64,000 bases of DNA from Cetorhinus maximus (Eukaryota). The number at the start of each line of letters is the position of its first letter. Within the stretch, counting starts at the first letter, position 1. The translations under genes were made by a program, and so were the position numbers. Of the stretch, positions 25,186 to 36,796 are shown in pieces. The notes beneath the pieces were generated by a model, which saw nothing but the letters and a program-made list of their open reading frames with translations, did no database searches and had not been told where the DNA came from. Location: assembly GCF_964194155.1 (NCBI RefSeq), contig NC_135881.1, positions 30,070,001-30,134,000 on the forward strand, written 5' to 3'.

Positions 25186-26045
25186 TGTTAAAGCCAACAC
25201 ACTAGAGAAAAAACTTTGCTGTTGCCTAGCAACAGGGGTCCAGAGAGGGAACACACACACACACACACACACACACTCCCTGATTCCAAGAGGACTGTCT
25301 AGTCAAAGGATAGGAATCTGGGAAAGGTCCTGTTCTGTGGAAGTGAAAGTAAGGAGAAGCCGGAAGGTCCCAAAGAGGAGCTGATGGTCTGTAACTCTTT
25401 ACAATGGGCACGTGAAGCAGTGGTGTACTGTTGACACAGCTGAATCATTGGGACAAAGTACATGGAAGGAAATTTGAATGCACGTGGTGATCAAAGGGAG
25501 AGGAACATCTGAAGGAGAGTTAAAACACTGGAGGTGGACCCTTGTGGAAGGCGTCTGAGGGAAAGCATCAGTTTGGGAGAAGATTCCAAAGTGAGTTCTT
25601 AGAGAGTGAATATTGGAAACCCTCGTGTGAAAGACGAAGCTCAGTGAGACCGGTTGACTCATGGTGTGGCAAGTGTCTGGGGGGAGTTGATCAGGGACCC
25701 ATAGCATCTGGTCGGGGTGGCACCTGTCACTTGGTTTCAGAGTGTGATGTGTCTGACCATAGGCCACCTATTGGTTTACATGGACTGTGTACTTACTGTG
25801 AACATGAGAGATAAGATAGCTTTTGTAACTTGTGTTATCCTTACAAATCTGTACATATCTTTGAAGGTATACTTGTGGGTGAAGGAGTATTGTAATATAG
25901 TTTATCTTTCTTGGTTTAATAAATGTTTTATTCTTTTGTTAAAAGTTTATTAGCTGATTCCTGAGACTCTGTTCAGTAGCCACTCTCCATGTATCTAAAC
26001 AAAAGATAAAAGTTAGTAGCTACATCTACCAAGCCGGGTTCCTCC
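25186..26045 (+). mobile_element. LTR-like non-coding segment with (CA)n microsatellite (25251-25276)
   Basis: Non-coding, AATAAA at 25918 followed by a T-rich tract, with a layout typical of fish LTR U3-R-U5. No intact termini or TSD seen. Confidence 0.45.
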
Positions 26046-26659
26046 ATGGTATTTTAAGGCCAGAGTCTGCATTGCAGCTATCTGAGCTTCCACCAAAGCT
26101 GCTGTTTTGAGCACCCGGATGCAGTGTTCCTGAAGGCGACCATTCTCTCCCAAGTAAGCTGCAGAGTGCTGGCGCCATGTGTGACGACACCGCTCAAGGT
26201 AGAAGCAGGCTCCGACATATTTTTAGCCATGGTGGCAAAATTCCTTGACAAGCCTCCAATACCTGGAACAAGTGCTTGCTTGAGGCCAGAAGTTCACTTC
26301 TTATTGCTGGGCCCCTGACTCCTCCGCTGTAGGTTGCCATCAGCAGGGTTCAAGGATTACCTCAACCTCCAGCGAACTCTCTCCTGGACGGTCCCTGCAG
26401 GTACTGCTAGTTGTATCGCCACATGCAGACTCCACTACCTCACTCTCCAATCCAGCTGTGGTGTCAATCTCCATACTGGTGCTTGGGAGTGAGCTTAGCC
26501 CCAGTCCAATCATAGCAGATTGAGCCTTGACCAATATGAATGTATTTGAACAACTTATCACTGTGATCCATTTGCTTCCATAAGGAAAGTGGAATTTCAG
26601 GCCCCAAATCTTTTTTTCACTAGATTGGCCCTTTGGGAAACTCACTGGCCCCAAATTTG

Positions 26660-28621
26660 CTGCAACAGTATGTTTGGTGGCGCAAGGGTGTCATCAACTA
26701 CGGCCTCTGCAGGTAGCCTTTGTACCCAAGGAGCCTTCCCTGCAGTTTCTGTGGACCCTGGAAGACTCCAGGTATCTGTGACCAACTGAGGATGGAGGCA
26801 TTGTGCACACTCTCTGGGAACTGTGCACACACCTGCAGGATGCGTTTCTGTTGGTCGCACATCAGCTGTGCATTCAGCGAATGGAAGCCCTTGTGGTTGA
26901 TGAAGTCCACCGTGTGTTGCAACAGAGATCTGAGCACCACATGAGTGCAGTCAATCACACCCTGCACCTGTGGGAAACCCGAGATCTGGGCGAATCCAAT
27001 CGCTCTTGTGTCCTGGTTGTCCTGGCCCTGGGAAAAATGCACAAAGTTGTGTGCCCTCGTGAAGATGGCATCCATGATCTGATTGATGCATTTGTGGGCG
27101 GAGACTTGAGAGATCCCACAGAGGTCACCTGTGGACAGCTGAAAGCAGCCACTGGCATAGAAATTAAGCGCCATGGTCACTTTCACGGCCACTGGCAGTT
27201 GATGCCCTCCATGTCACTATGGCGCCAAATCCTGCAGTAACTGGCAGATGTGAGCAACCAGTTTCCTAGACACATGCAGTCTTTGGTGACACTGGTTCTC
27301 GGTCATCTGCAGGAATGAAAGGTGACGTCTATAGACCCTGAGTGTCGCTAGGCGCCAACCGGTGACGACTCGCTGTGGCTCTTGGATGATGTGTGCGGGA
27401 GCCCCAGCCGCCCCTTCTTCCTGAGGTTGCTCCTCCTGCCTCTGTGCAGCTAGGAGCCTCAGTCGCTCTCTCCCCAGTCTCCTTCATGCTCTGTAGGCCA
27501 TCAGACATACAGCTAGTTCACCAGGCTCCATGATCCTGATGTAGTCCTCCTGACAGATGAAAGAGAGAGACACGCGGTTAGCCTGGGTGTACTAAGAACC
27601 TGTCCTCATTAAGTGTGTTGGCCCCTTAATGCTTTTCGGAGAGAGCAGGCTATCACTTGGATGGCCAGAGATTAGTGCGCTCCATGGCTGCCCTGTTTGC
27701 TTCAACCATGGGGGAGACTGGTCCAAACCGGGATGCTGACAGCGCAAGGGGTTGTGAGTGCATCCAGCAGTGACTGTTCCATGGTCAGCTTTAGCGAGGA
27801 GATTGTACAACGTGTGCAGTCCAACTGCTCTGCAGTCCACCAAAGCGCTCATGACTTTGCAGTCTGTGGGTGGGGAGTAGCTCTGGAGAACTTGGTGGCA
27901 CTTTGATGCCTCTGCTTGAGTGGGCAGATGAGCTAGAAGCCCGACCCCAATCATATCAACCTGGCTGCACCTGATCTGTCTGAGTTGCAGAGAAATGGTC
28001 GCTTTCTACAGGTTTCCCAAATGCGTGACCACTTCCCTCGCCCACCCTACCCCCTCCACCCCGAATGCTTGTTCGCTATATTCAATGGCAGGGCTGCCCT
28101 TGCCCCACTCTCACAAGTCGCCTCAATAGCAAGGCTGCACTTGCCCTCTGCTCCCCCTCACCCTCTAAAGTCACCTCAGAGGCAGAGTGGCACTTAACCC
28201 TGCACCCCTCCCCCCCCACTCCACCAAACACCCCCTGGTGCCCCTGAAGCCTGCAACGGGCGATCCTGGCGAGCTCTGCAGAACGTTGCTGTGCACTCAC
28301 CTCCACTTCACCCACAGTGCAGGCCACCAAGTGCACGTCCCCACCTGCTGTTGTGAAACACTTCAGTCTGCTTTCCCGCTGACGTGGGCAGACAATCCCG
28401 GGGGGGCGGGGTGCAAGACCCTGGCGGGTTGGCCTGATAATGAGATGCTGATGTATTACAATGAGGTCCCTGACAACCGATGGCAGGAAACGCGGCCTGC
28501 CGTTGGCGGGCTGAGTGGACAATTGCAACCTGACTTCCACCATCGTGAAACCAATTGCACCATATTGTCTGCTCACGGCACCTATCGCACCCGCCGCCAG
28601 CGTGCACAGAAAATTCCGCCC
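26660..28621 (-). mobile_element. PIF/Harbinger element, transposase half (copy B)
   Basis: TIR AAAATTCCGCCC at 28621. Colinear with copy A over about 2 kb. Confidence 0.88.
26698..27531 (-). pseudogene. HARBI1-like DDE transposase, 3'-truncated
   Basis: 164-aa open stretch AVKVTMALNFYASG..GFPQVQGVIDCTHV..NHKGFHSLNAQLMCD..FPESVHNA. Probable ATG at 27531 after a splice acceptor at 27550. Confidence 0.9.
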
Positions 28622-28802
28622 TTGGTGTTCATTTTCAGGTAAAGGGATATGCACTGGAGGCCATGATAATTCTTTGTGAAGCATCTTGGGACATTTTTCG
28701 ATGTTAAAAGTGTTGAATGTTCATAAGCTGTTGTTTGAAATTAAGAAAACTATATATAAATAATGCTTAGCATCTTGAAGGATTATGAAATTCCATGCCC
28801 AA

Positions 28803-29135
28803 TTTTTTTCTTTATTCTTTCATAAGATGTGGGCGTCGCTAGTAAGGCCAGCATTTTGTTGCCCATCCCTAATTGCCCATGAACTGAGAGGCTTCCTGCA
28901 CCATTTCCGAGGGCAGTTAAGAGTCAACCACATTGCTGTGTGTCTTGAGTCACATGGCCTGACTGGGTAAGGATGGCAGATTTCCCTCCCTAAAGGGCAT
29001 TAGTGAACCAGATGGGTTTTTTAACTTTTAAATTTTTCGAACTTTTAATTAACTGCCATGGTGAGATTTGAACCCATGTCCCCAGAGCATTAGCCTGGCC
29101 CTCTGGATTACTAGCCCAGTGACATTATCACTACC
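28803..29135 (-). mobile_element. tRNA-head SINE with LINE-derived 3' tail
   Basis: Reverse complement of the SINE at 31525-34122. B-box GGTTCAAATC and tail GGGCAATTAGGGATGGGCAA. Confidence 0.75.
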
Positions 29136-30452
29136 TTCCCTAGTTGCAGAAAACAAAATTTAAAATGATCAGGAGCATCTTATTAATATATTTATAGATT
29201 TAAAATACCCTGACTTATTCAGCTTACTTTGTAAATAATACTATACCTGAGCCCGAGTCCGTGGCATAAAAATTATATGACATTTTGTTGAACAGCGTGG
29301 ATCCTCCAGCCTCTATCCCAAAGGACTAATTGCGTAATCCAAACTTAGTTTATAATAATAGGTGAAAAACAAAACAAAATCCATAAATGGAATGTTCAAT
29401 GTCATTTCAATGAAGTTAAATTTTATATATTGTTACTAGAAAAGGACAGCAGCTCAAAATATTCACAGCAAAGGCATAAAAATATATTATTATGATTTAT
29501 AATGTATTAATATGTATGGAAACTGTACTGCTTGTCATCTCTGATATTAATACTTATAAAGCACAGCTCAGCAAACACCTTGCTGTCCTTTTCATGCACT
29601 ATTGCTTCAGATGACACTCTTACACTGGCAAGAAATATAGCTTCCGCACATATTAACATATAAAATATGGAGCAGATTACAGCTCCTGCTATGAAAATCA
29701 AACATTTTTTGAACACCATACGTATGTAGAACTACATATTGAGTCACTGGGGATTTGGCACAGAAAAATAAGTGCCTTGAATAGCCATTATCCATTTCTA
29801 TTTGATGAATTATTGCAAGATTTATTTTTAAACCCAATCCTTGACACCAGTAATACAGTGCTGATCTTTAATTTGTGCTCCAAGCTGTCTATCTTCTTGC
29901 TCATTGCAATTTTAATATTTCAAGTACAATTCAAGCCCCCCATTTTCATGTAATTACCACACATTCTACCAAAGAAGGAAATGAATTGAGAACGTAGCCA
30001 ATAAGTCAAATGCTTTGAACTTAAGTCCTTTGAATATTAATATATTAGTAATTAATATATTCATCTGAAATTCCTTTGTTACTTTAGCAAAGACATTAGC
30101 CCGCTTTACAGTCACACACTAACATTCACAGAGCCTCACTTCAAGGGGAAAGTGCTACTCCCCAGGGTATTAAACCTTAATTTGGGTGTTAAAGTTGTGT
30201 TTTTTTTTAAGGAGCACCGTCCTCTGTGAGGCATGAATTTTCAGGGAGTTTGTGCTTTTTTAAGAGTATCAGAAGTTATTTTTGACTGGTGTTAATTGTA
30301 TGTCAGTTGTGTTTAATTATATGTAGGTGGAGGACATTCATCGTAGTTTTTACTTGAGCACAAATAAAGAGACACTTACTGAAACTCTGGTGTATTGAGT
30401 GTCCCAACTAGAAGACAGGAAGTAATGTGTATAATATATATATATCTACTTC

Positions 30453-31195
30453 AAGTGTGACAGGAAGGGGCAGAAAATATAAGCAGAAGAGTGCAGCAGA
30501 AATTAGAAACAGGATGAGTAATAATGGTAAAAAGTCAAAGCTTAAGGCTCTTTATCTGAATGCACGCAGCATTTATAACAAGGTAGATGAGTTGACGGCA
30601 CAAATAGAAATAAATGAATATTAATGATAGCTATTACAGAGGTGTGGTTGCAGGGTGACCAAGACTGGGAACTCAAGATTCAAGGGTATTCGACGTTCTG
30701 GAAAACTAGGCAAAAAGGAAAAGGAGGTGGGGTAGATTTGTTAATAAAGGAAGGTATCAGTGCGGTGGTGAGTAGTGATATAGGTGCAATCGAACGCAAT
30801 GTGGAATCAGTTTGGGTGGAAATAAAGAATAGCAAGTGGAAGAAATCAGGGGTGGGAGTCATCTATAGGCCCCAGAAGAGTTGCCTCACTAGGGGACATA
30901 GTTACAGAATAAGGGGACACTCATTTAAATCTGAGATGAGAAAGAATTTCTTGTCTCAGAGGGTAGTGAATGTCTGGAATTCTTTACCCCAGAGAGTTAT
31001 GGAGGCTAGATCACTGGAAGTATTTAAAGAGGAGGTAGATAGATTTTTAAAATATCAGGGAGTTGAGGCCTATGAGGAGGTGGCACAACAGAGGATTTGA
31101 GGCCTGGGGCAGATCAGCTATGATCTTATTGAATAGCGGGGCAGGCTTAAGGGGGCCAAATGGCCTACTCCTGCTCCTATTTCTTATGTTCTTCT
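30453..31195 (+). mobile_element. CR1 LINE with large internal deletion (endonuclease joined to 3' end)
   Basis: KALYLNARSI..IAITEVWL..KGGGV..ESVWVEI..GVIYRP is followed directly by TRGHSYRI..QRVVNVWNSLP and the tail TTCTTATGTTCTT. Confidence 0.88.
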
Positions 31196-31665
31196 GACCT
31201 CGTCATCTTTAAAGAGATGCTAATGCTCTCTGTGACTGCCAGCAATCAAACTTCGAAGAAATACACCAACCCCCTTTGCATTTCCAAGGCAGAGCTCTGG
31301 TCAATGGAGACAGTATGTTTGCAAAGGACAAAAGGGACCCTAACTCCTCTACTAAACATCTCAGGATTCCAGATCTGGGAAAATACATCCTTTGGCCAAG
31401 ACCCAGGAGAAGTGGTGTGAGATATATCACATGACCTCCCCAAGCTGCTAGAACCTGTAATATTGCCGTATGGAACTAAACCCAGGCAGTCTACCATTTA
31501 TCATCTAACAGGTAGCAACACTGGGGGGAGGTGGTGGCATAGTGGTATTGTCACTGGACTGGTATTCCAGAGACCCAGGGTAACGCTCTGGGGACCTGGG
31601 TTTGAATCCCACCAATATTCAATAAAAATCTGGAATTAATAGTCTGATGATAACCACAAAACCAT

Positions 31666-33425
31666 GACCTCTACCTCGCGGAGGCTGAGCGTCAACTCGC
31701 AGACACTTCCTCCTACCTCTCCCTGGACCATGACCCCACCACTGAACCTCAAGCCATTGTTTCCAGGACTGTCACTGACCTCATCTCCTCTGGAGATCTT
31801 CCTCCCACAGCTTCCAACCTGATAGTCGCCCAACCTTGGACGGCCAGCTTCTACCTCCTACCCAAAATCCACAAACAGAACTGTCCTGGCAGACCGATCG
31901 TGTCAGCCTGTTCCTGCCCCACGGAACTCATTTTTCGTTATCTTGACTCCCTTCTCTCTCCCCTTGTCCAGTCCCTTCCCACCTACATCCATGATTCCTC
32001 TGACACCTTACGTCACATCAACAATTTCCAGTTCCCTGGCCCCAACCGCTTCCTCTTCACCATGGACGTCCAATCCCTCTACACCTCCATCCCCCACCAG
32101 GATGGTCTGAGGGCCCTTAGCTTCTTCCTCGAACAGAGGCCCGAACAATCCCCATCCACCACTACTCTCCTCCGTCTGGCTGAACTTGTTCTCACACTGA
32201 ACAATTTCTCCTTTAACTCCTCTCACTTCCTCCAAATAAAAGGTGTGGCTATGGGTACCCGCATGGGCCCCAGCTATGCCTGTCTCTTTATGGGGTATGT
32301 GGAACATTCCTTGTTCCAGTCCTACTCTGGCCCCCTCCCACAACTCTTTCTCCGGTACATCGATGATTACTTCAGTGTTGCTTCATGCTCTCGTCGGGAC
32401 CTGGAAAAATTTATTAATTTTGCTTCCAATCTCCACCCCTCCATCATTTTCACATGGTCCATCTCTGACACTTCCCTTCCCTTCCTTGACCTCTCTGTCT
32501 CAATTTCTGGTGATAGACTGTCCACCAATATCCATTACAAGCCTACCGACTCCCACAGCTACCTCAACTACAGCTCCTCACACCCCGCTTCCTGTAAGGA
32601 CTCCATCCCATTCTCTCAGTTCCTTCGCCTCCGTCGTATCTGTTCTGATGATGCTACCTTCAAAAACAGTTCCTCTGACATGTCCTCCTTCTTCCTTAAC
32701 CGAGGTTTTCCACCCACGGTCATTGACAGGGCCCTCAACCGTGTCCGGCCCATCTCCCGCGCATCCGCCCTCACGCCTTCTCCTCCCTCCCAGAAACATG
32801 ATAGGGTCCCCCTTGTCCTCACTTTTCACCCCACCAGCCTCCACATTCAAAGGATCATCCTCCGCCATTTCCGCCAACTCCAGCATGATGCCACCACCAA
32901 ACAATCTTCCCTTCACCCCCCCTGGCGGCATTCCGTAGGGATCATTCCCTCCAGGACACCCTAGTCCACTCCTCCATCACCCCCTACTCCTCAACCCCCA
33001 CCTATGGCACCTCCCCATCCCCACGCAAAAGATGCAACACCTGCCCCTTCACTTCCTCTCTCCTCACCGTCCAAGGGCCCAAACACTCCTTTCAAGTGAA
33101 GCAGCATTTCACTTGCATTTCCCCTAACTTAGTCTACTGCATTCGTTGCTCCCAATGCGGTCTCCTCTACATTGGAGAGACTTAACGTAAACTGGGCGAC
33201 CGCTTTGCAGAAGACCTGCGGTCTGTCCGCAAGAAAGACCCAAACCTCCCTGTCGCTTGCCATTTTAACACTCCACCCTGCTCTCTTGCCCACATGTCTG
33301 TCCTTGGCTTGCTGCATTGTTCCAGTGAAGCCCAACACAAACTGGAGGAACAGCACCTCATCTTCCGACTAGGCACTTTACAGCCTTCTGGACTGAATAT
33401 TGAATTCAACAACTTTAGATCTTGA
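31666..33425 (+). pseudogene. Penelope RT plus GIY-YIG endonuclease
   Basis: Frame open 31666-32964: LPKIHK..PGRPIVS, MDVQSLYTSIP, GVAMGTRMGPSYA, RYIDD, LPFLD, YKPTD. After a frameshift near 32900: CNTC, VYCIRCSQCGLLYIGET*, GLNIEF. Confidence 0.92.
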
Positions 33426-33907
33426 ACTCCCTCCTCCATCCCCACCCCCTTTCTGTTTCTTCCCCCTTCCTTTTGTTTTTTCCAATAATTTATATAGATT
33501 TTTCTTTTCCCACCTATTTCCATTATTTGTAAATTTATACCTTTTATGCCCTGTTAGTCTTTCCATCCCACCCCACTAGAGCTGTACCTTGAGTGTCCTG
33601 CCATCCATTCTTAATTAGCACATTCTCTTAGATAATATCACCACCTTCAACACCTCTTTGTTCTTTTGTCTATGACATCTTTTGATTATTTGCTCCTATC
33701 ACTGCTTGCTTGTCCCTAAAACCAACCCCCCAACCCCGCTTCTCCACCCCCCACCATCCCCCACCTTAAACCAGCTTATATTTCACCCCTCTCCTAATAT
33801 TACTCAGTTCTGTTGAAGGGTCATGAGGACTCAAAACGTCAACTCTTTTCTTCTCCGCCGATGCTGCCAGACCTGCTGAGTATTTCCAGGTAATTCTGTT
33901 TTTGTTT
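31666..33907 (+). mobile_element. Penelope-like retroelement, 5'-truncated
   Basis: Perfect 13-bp TSD ACCACAAAACCAT (31653-31665, 33908-33920). Contains RT, GIY-YIG and a 3' UTR with a hammerhead-like motif at 33806-33844. Confidence 0.93.
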
Positions 33908-34921
33908 ACCACAAAACCATTGCCAGTTGCCATAAAAACCCATTTGGTTCACTGATGTCCTTTAGGGAAGGAAATCTGCTGTCCTTAGTCTGGCCTGCAT
34001 GTGACTCCAGACCCACAGCAATATGGTTGACTCTTAACTGCCCTCTGAACAAAGGCAATTAGGGGTGGGCAATAAATGCTGGCCTAGCCAGAGGTGCCCA
34101 CATGACATGTGCAAATAAAAAAAGACCAAAAAGAGCTCTGTCCCAGTGACATGTCTGGCCCTCATCTACACTGTGAACTACTGAAACATTGGAACTTCTG
34201 TAGTTGTGCCTTCAAGACTAATTCACCCATTCTGGACTCTGGACTCACATGAAACTCATTTTTATTGCGGTCTTGCCCGGTACTCTTTTCTTTGCCTTAA
34301 CACTCTTATATTGTATGAATGCAAAAGGGGTGGACATTGCAAAACTGCTTTCCTGCATTTTGTGTGTGTGAAATAGACCAACCCTCTTACTTTACCTTAT
34401 CTCAAGTTTGTTGTGGGGTTATTAATAGAGGATTGGATCACTCCAAACTGAAGGGTTGGGGGAAACACACCACCACTTATAAAGGGGGAATCAGAAATCG
34501 AAAATACCTTTCTGTTTACAGACAGGTAGATAGAGGAGAAATTAAATTAAATTAAATTAATGCTTAAATTAATCGCCCTCTGTCTGTAAAATGAGATAAG
34601 TGGTATATGTTTATGTTTCACACTGTAAGTAATTGCAAGACTGAGTAAAAATTGATCCTTCACCAACTGGCGTTCCAGAATAGAGCAACCAGCAGGGAAT
34701 AAAGACATGTGAGTTTTGCTGGAAATTTAAGGGTAAATTCACCAAACCTTTGCTTTCAATGAATAGTTGCGCTTGTGGGATTGCAGGTCAGGTGAAGGTT
34801 GCTGCAGTGCTCTAGTCTGCCTTCAACCTGCAATTGGTTCAAGTGCAACTATCCACTGGAAATGCAGGATCAGTAAATCTATGCCACAGTTTACCAAATC
34901 CACTCCGCCAAAAAAATATAG

Positions 34922-35603
34922 GGGAGGATCTTCTGGTCAGCGAGCAGGGGCGGAGCCCGCTAGTAGACATGTAAAATGACGCGGGATGATGTCGGGTGGA
35001 ACTCCCGATGTCATCCTGCTTCATTTCCATTTTCAGATTGGCGGGGCCGCAGCCAAGTCAGCTGTGCGCCCGCCGACCTGTCAAAGGCTTATTGAGGGCA
35101 TTTAAAAAGTAATTAGCCTCATTAATGGACCTGCCCGTCCAACTTTAGGGTTGGCGGGCAGGCCGGGAGCTGTGGCGGACTTAAGAAAAAGCATGAAACC
35201 TCATCCACGGGCGGGATGAGGTTTCATGAGGGTTTTTAAATATTGAATAAAGGTTTCAGTAAAAGTGATGGACAGTCCCAACTCATGTGACAGTGTCAGG
35301 GAAATGTTGTTATCAGTTGCTTACCATTTTTAAATTTGGAGCCGATCGCCCTGAGGCAGCACTTAGCCTCAGGGAGATCAGTGCGCTCTTTCGTGCATGC
35401 GCAAAAGAGTGCACTCTCGGTTGAGGGAATCCCCCCCACCCGCACAGGGAGCATATAGCGCTTCCTGGTGGACATCATGCTGGCCCTCCCATATAAAATT
35501 GGGGGCCTGCCCACGTAAAATAGCAGCGCGCCCCCAGTCGGAGGCACCCCTGCCCGCACCCACTCCTGCACTTCCCCCCCCGCCGATGGGGGAAAATCTT
35601 CCC
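34922..35603. mobile_element. Harbinger-type MITE, same family as 2583-3208, opposite orientation
   Basis: Ends GGGAGGATCTT and AAAATCTTCCC with flanks TAG/TAT. The interior is reverse-complement similar to 2583-3208, including the hairpins. Confidence 0.85.
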
Positions 35604-35669
35604 TATAATTTTCACCTTGGATCAGTATTGTTAAATATCTGACATTTGTTCATTGGTGATCAGGCAAAG

Positions 35670-36120
35670 AAGAGAGAACTTGCATTGATATAGTACCTTT
35701 CATAACCTCAGGATATTTCACAGCTGATTAATTACTTTTGAAGTGTGATCACTATTATAGTGTTGGGAACTTCAGCAGTCACTTTGTACATGGCAAGGTC
35801 CTACGAACAACTATGCGGTAAGTAATGAGTTAATCAGTTTCAGTGATGTTCGTTGAGGGATAAATTTTGCCTAATAACCTGGGAAATTTGCTCTGCTCTT
35901 CTTCAAATAATGCCATGGGGTTTCTTACATCCATCTAACAGGCCAAAATGGCCTTGGTTTAATTTCCCAACTGAGAGCTAGCACATCCAACAGTCCAGCC
36001 CTCCCACAGTGCTGCACCGGAGTGTCAGCCTAGATTATTTGCTTAAATCTTCAGACTTTGAACCCATGACCTTTTAACTCAGAAACAAGTGTTCTACAAC
36101 CGAGCCAAAACTGACACCTT
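35670..36120 (-). mobile_element. Deu-domain SINE (SacSINE1/AmnSINE-like), degenerate
   Basis: CAGTGCTGCACCGGAGTGTCAGCCTAGATT core, tRNA-like head near 36060-36117, L2-type tail AACTTGCATT.ATATAG. Confidence 0.65.
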
Positions 36121-36223
36121 GCAGCTGGTTTTAACTAATCTAAGACACACAAACACTTATTCTAATGAAATTCCTTTCTCTGATGTTTTAACAGATGTAT
36201 AAACATATTTAATAGAAATCACA

Positions 36224-36796
36224 CAAGGACACAAGAAATAGGAGCAGGAGTAGGCCATACAGCATGTCGAGCCTGCTCCATCATTCAATATGATTATGAC
36301 TAATCTTGGGCTTCAACTCCACTTTCCCTGCTCCCCATATCCCTTGATTCCCTGAGAGGCCAAAAAATCTATCCCAGCTTTAAATGCATTCAATGATGGA
36401 GAATCCACAACCCTCTTGGGTAGAGAATTCCAAAGATTCACAACCCTTTGAGTGAAATAATTTCTCCTCGTTGCAGCCCTAAATGATCGGCCCCTTATCC
36501 TGAGACTGTGCCCTAGTATTTTAGATTCCCCAAACAATGGAAACAACCTCTCAGCATCAATCTTACCAAGCCCTTCAGAATCTTATATGTTTCAATGAGA
36601 TCACCTCTTAGTCTTCTGAACTCCAGAGAATAAAGGCCCAATTTACTCAGTCTCTCATCATAGAACAAACCCTTCATCCCAGATACCAATCTACTTCACT
36701 GTACTGCTTCCAATGTAAGTATATCCTTCCTTAAATATGGAGACCAAATATGCCCACAGCACTCCAGATGTGGTCACACCAAAGCCCTATACAATT
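36224..36796 (-). mobile_element. CR1 LINE 3' fragment
   Basis: ORF 36313-36546 GHSLRIRG..FTQRVVNLWNSLP and tail AAGAAATAGGAGCAGGAGTAGGCCA. Confidence 0.9.

Larger units (their letters stand above)
31525..34122 (+). mobile_element. tRNA-head SINE split by the Penelope insertion (31525-31665 and 33908-34122)
   Basis: A-box TGGCATAGTGG, B-box-like GGTTTGAATCC. The body resumes after the duplicated 13-mer and ends in an A-rich tail. Confidence 0.8.

Noticed and set aside
26698-27192. Domesticated HARBI1 gene
   Set aside because: Truncated, conserved residues altered (HN instead of HD, GYKGY instead of GDKGY), flanked by a TIR, and a second decayed copy lies 6 kb away.
20860-28621. Recent tandem duplication producing the two Harbinger transposase copies
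   Set aside because: The copies differ by many substitutions and indels and have different flanks, consistent with independent insertions.
31525-31612. tRNA gene
   Set aside because: A and B boxes are present but continue into a SINE body and LINE-derived tail, with no proper cloverleaf.
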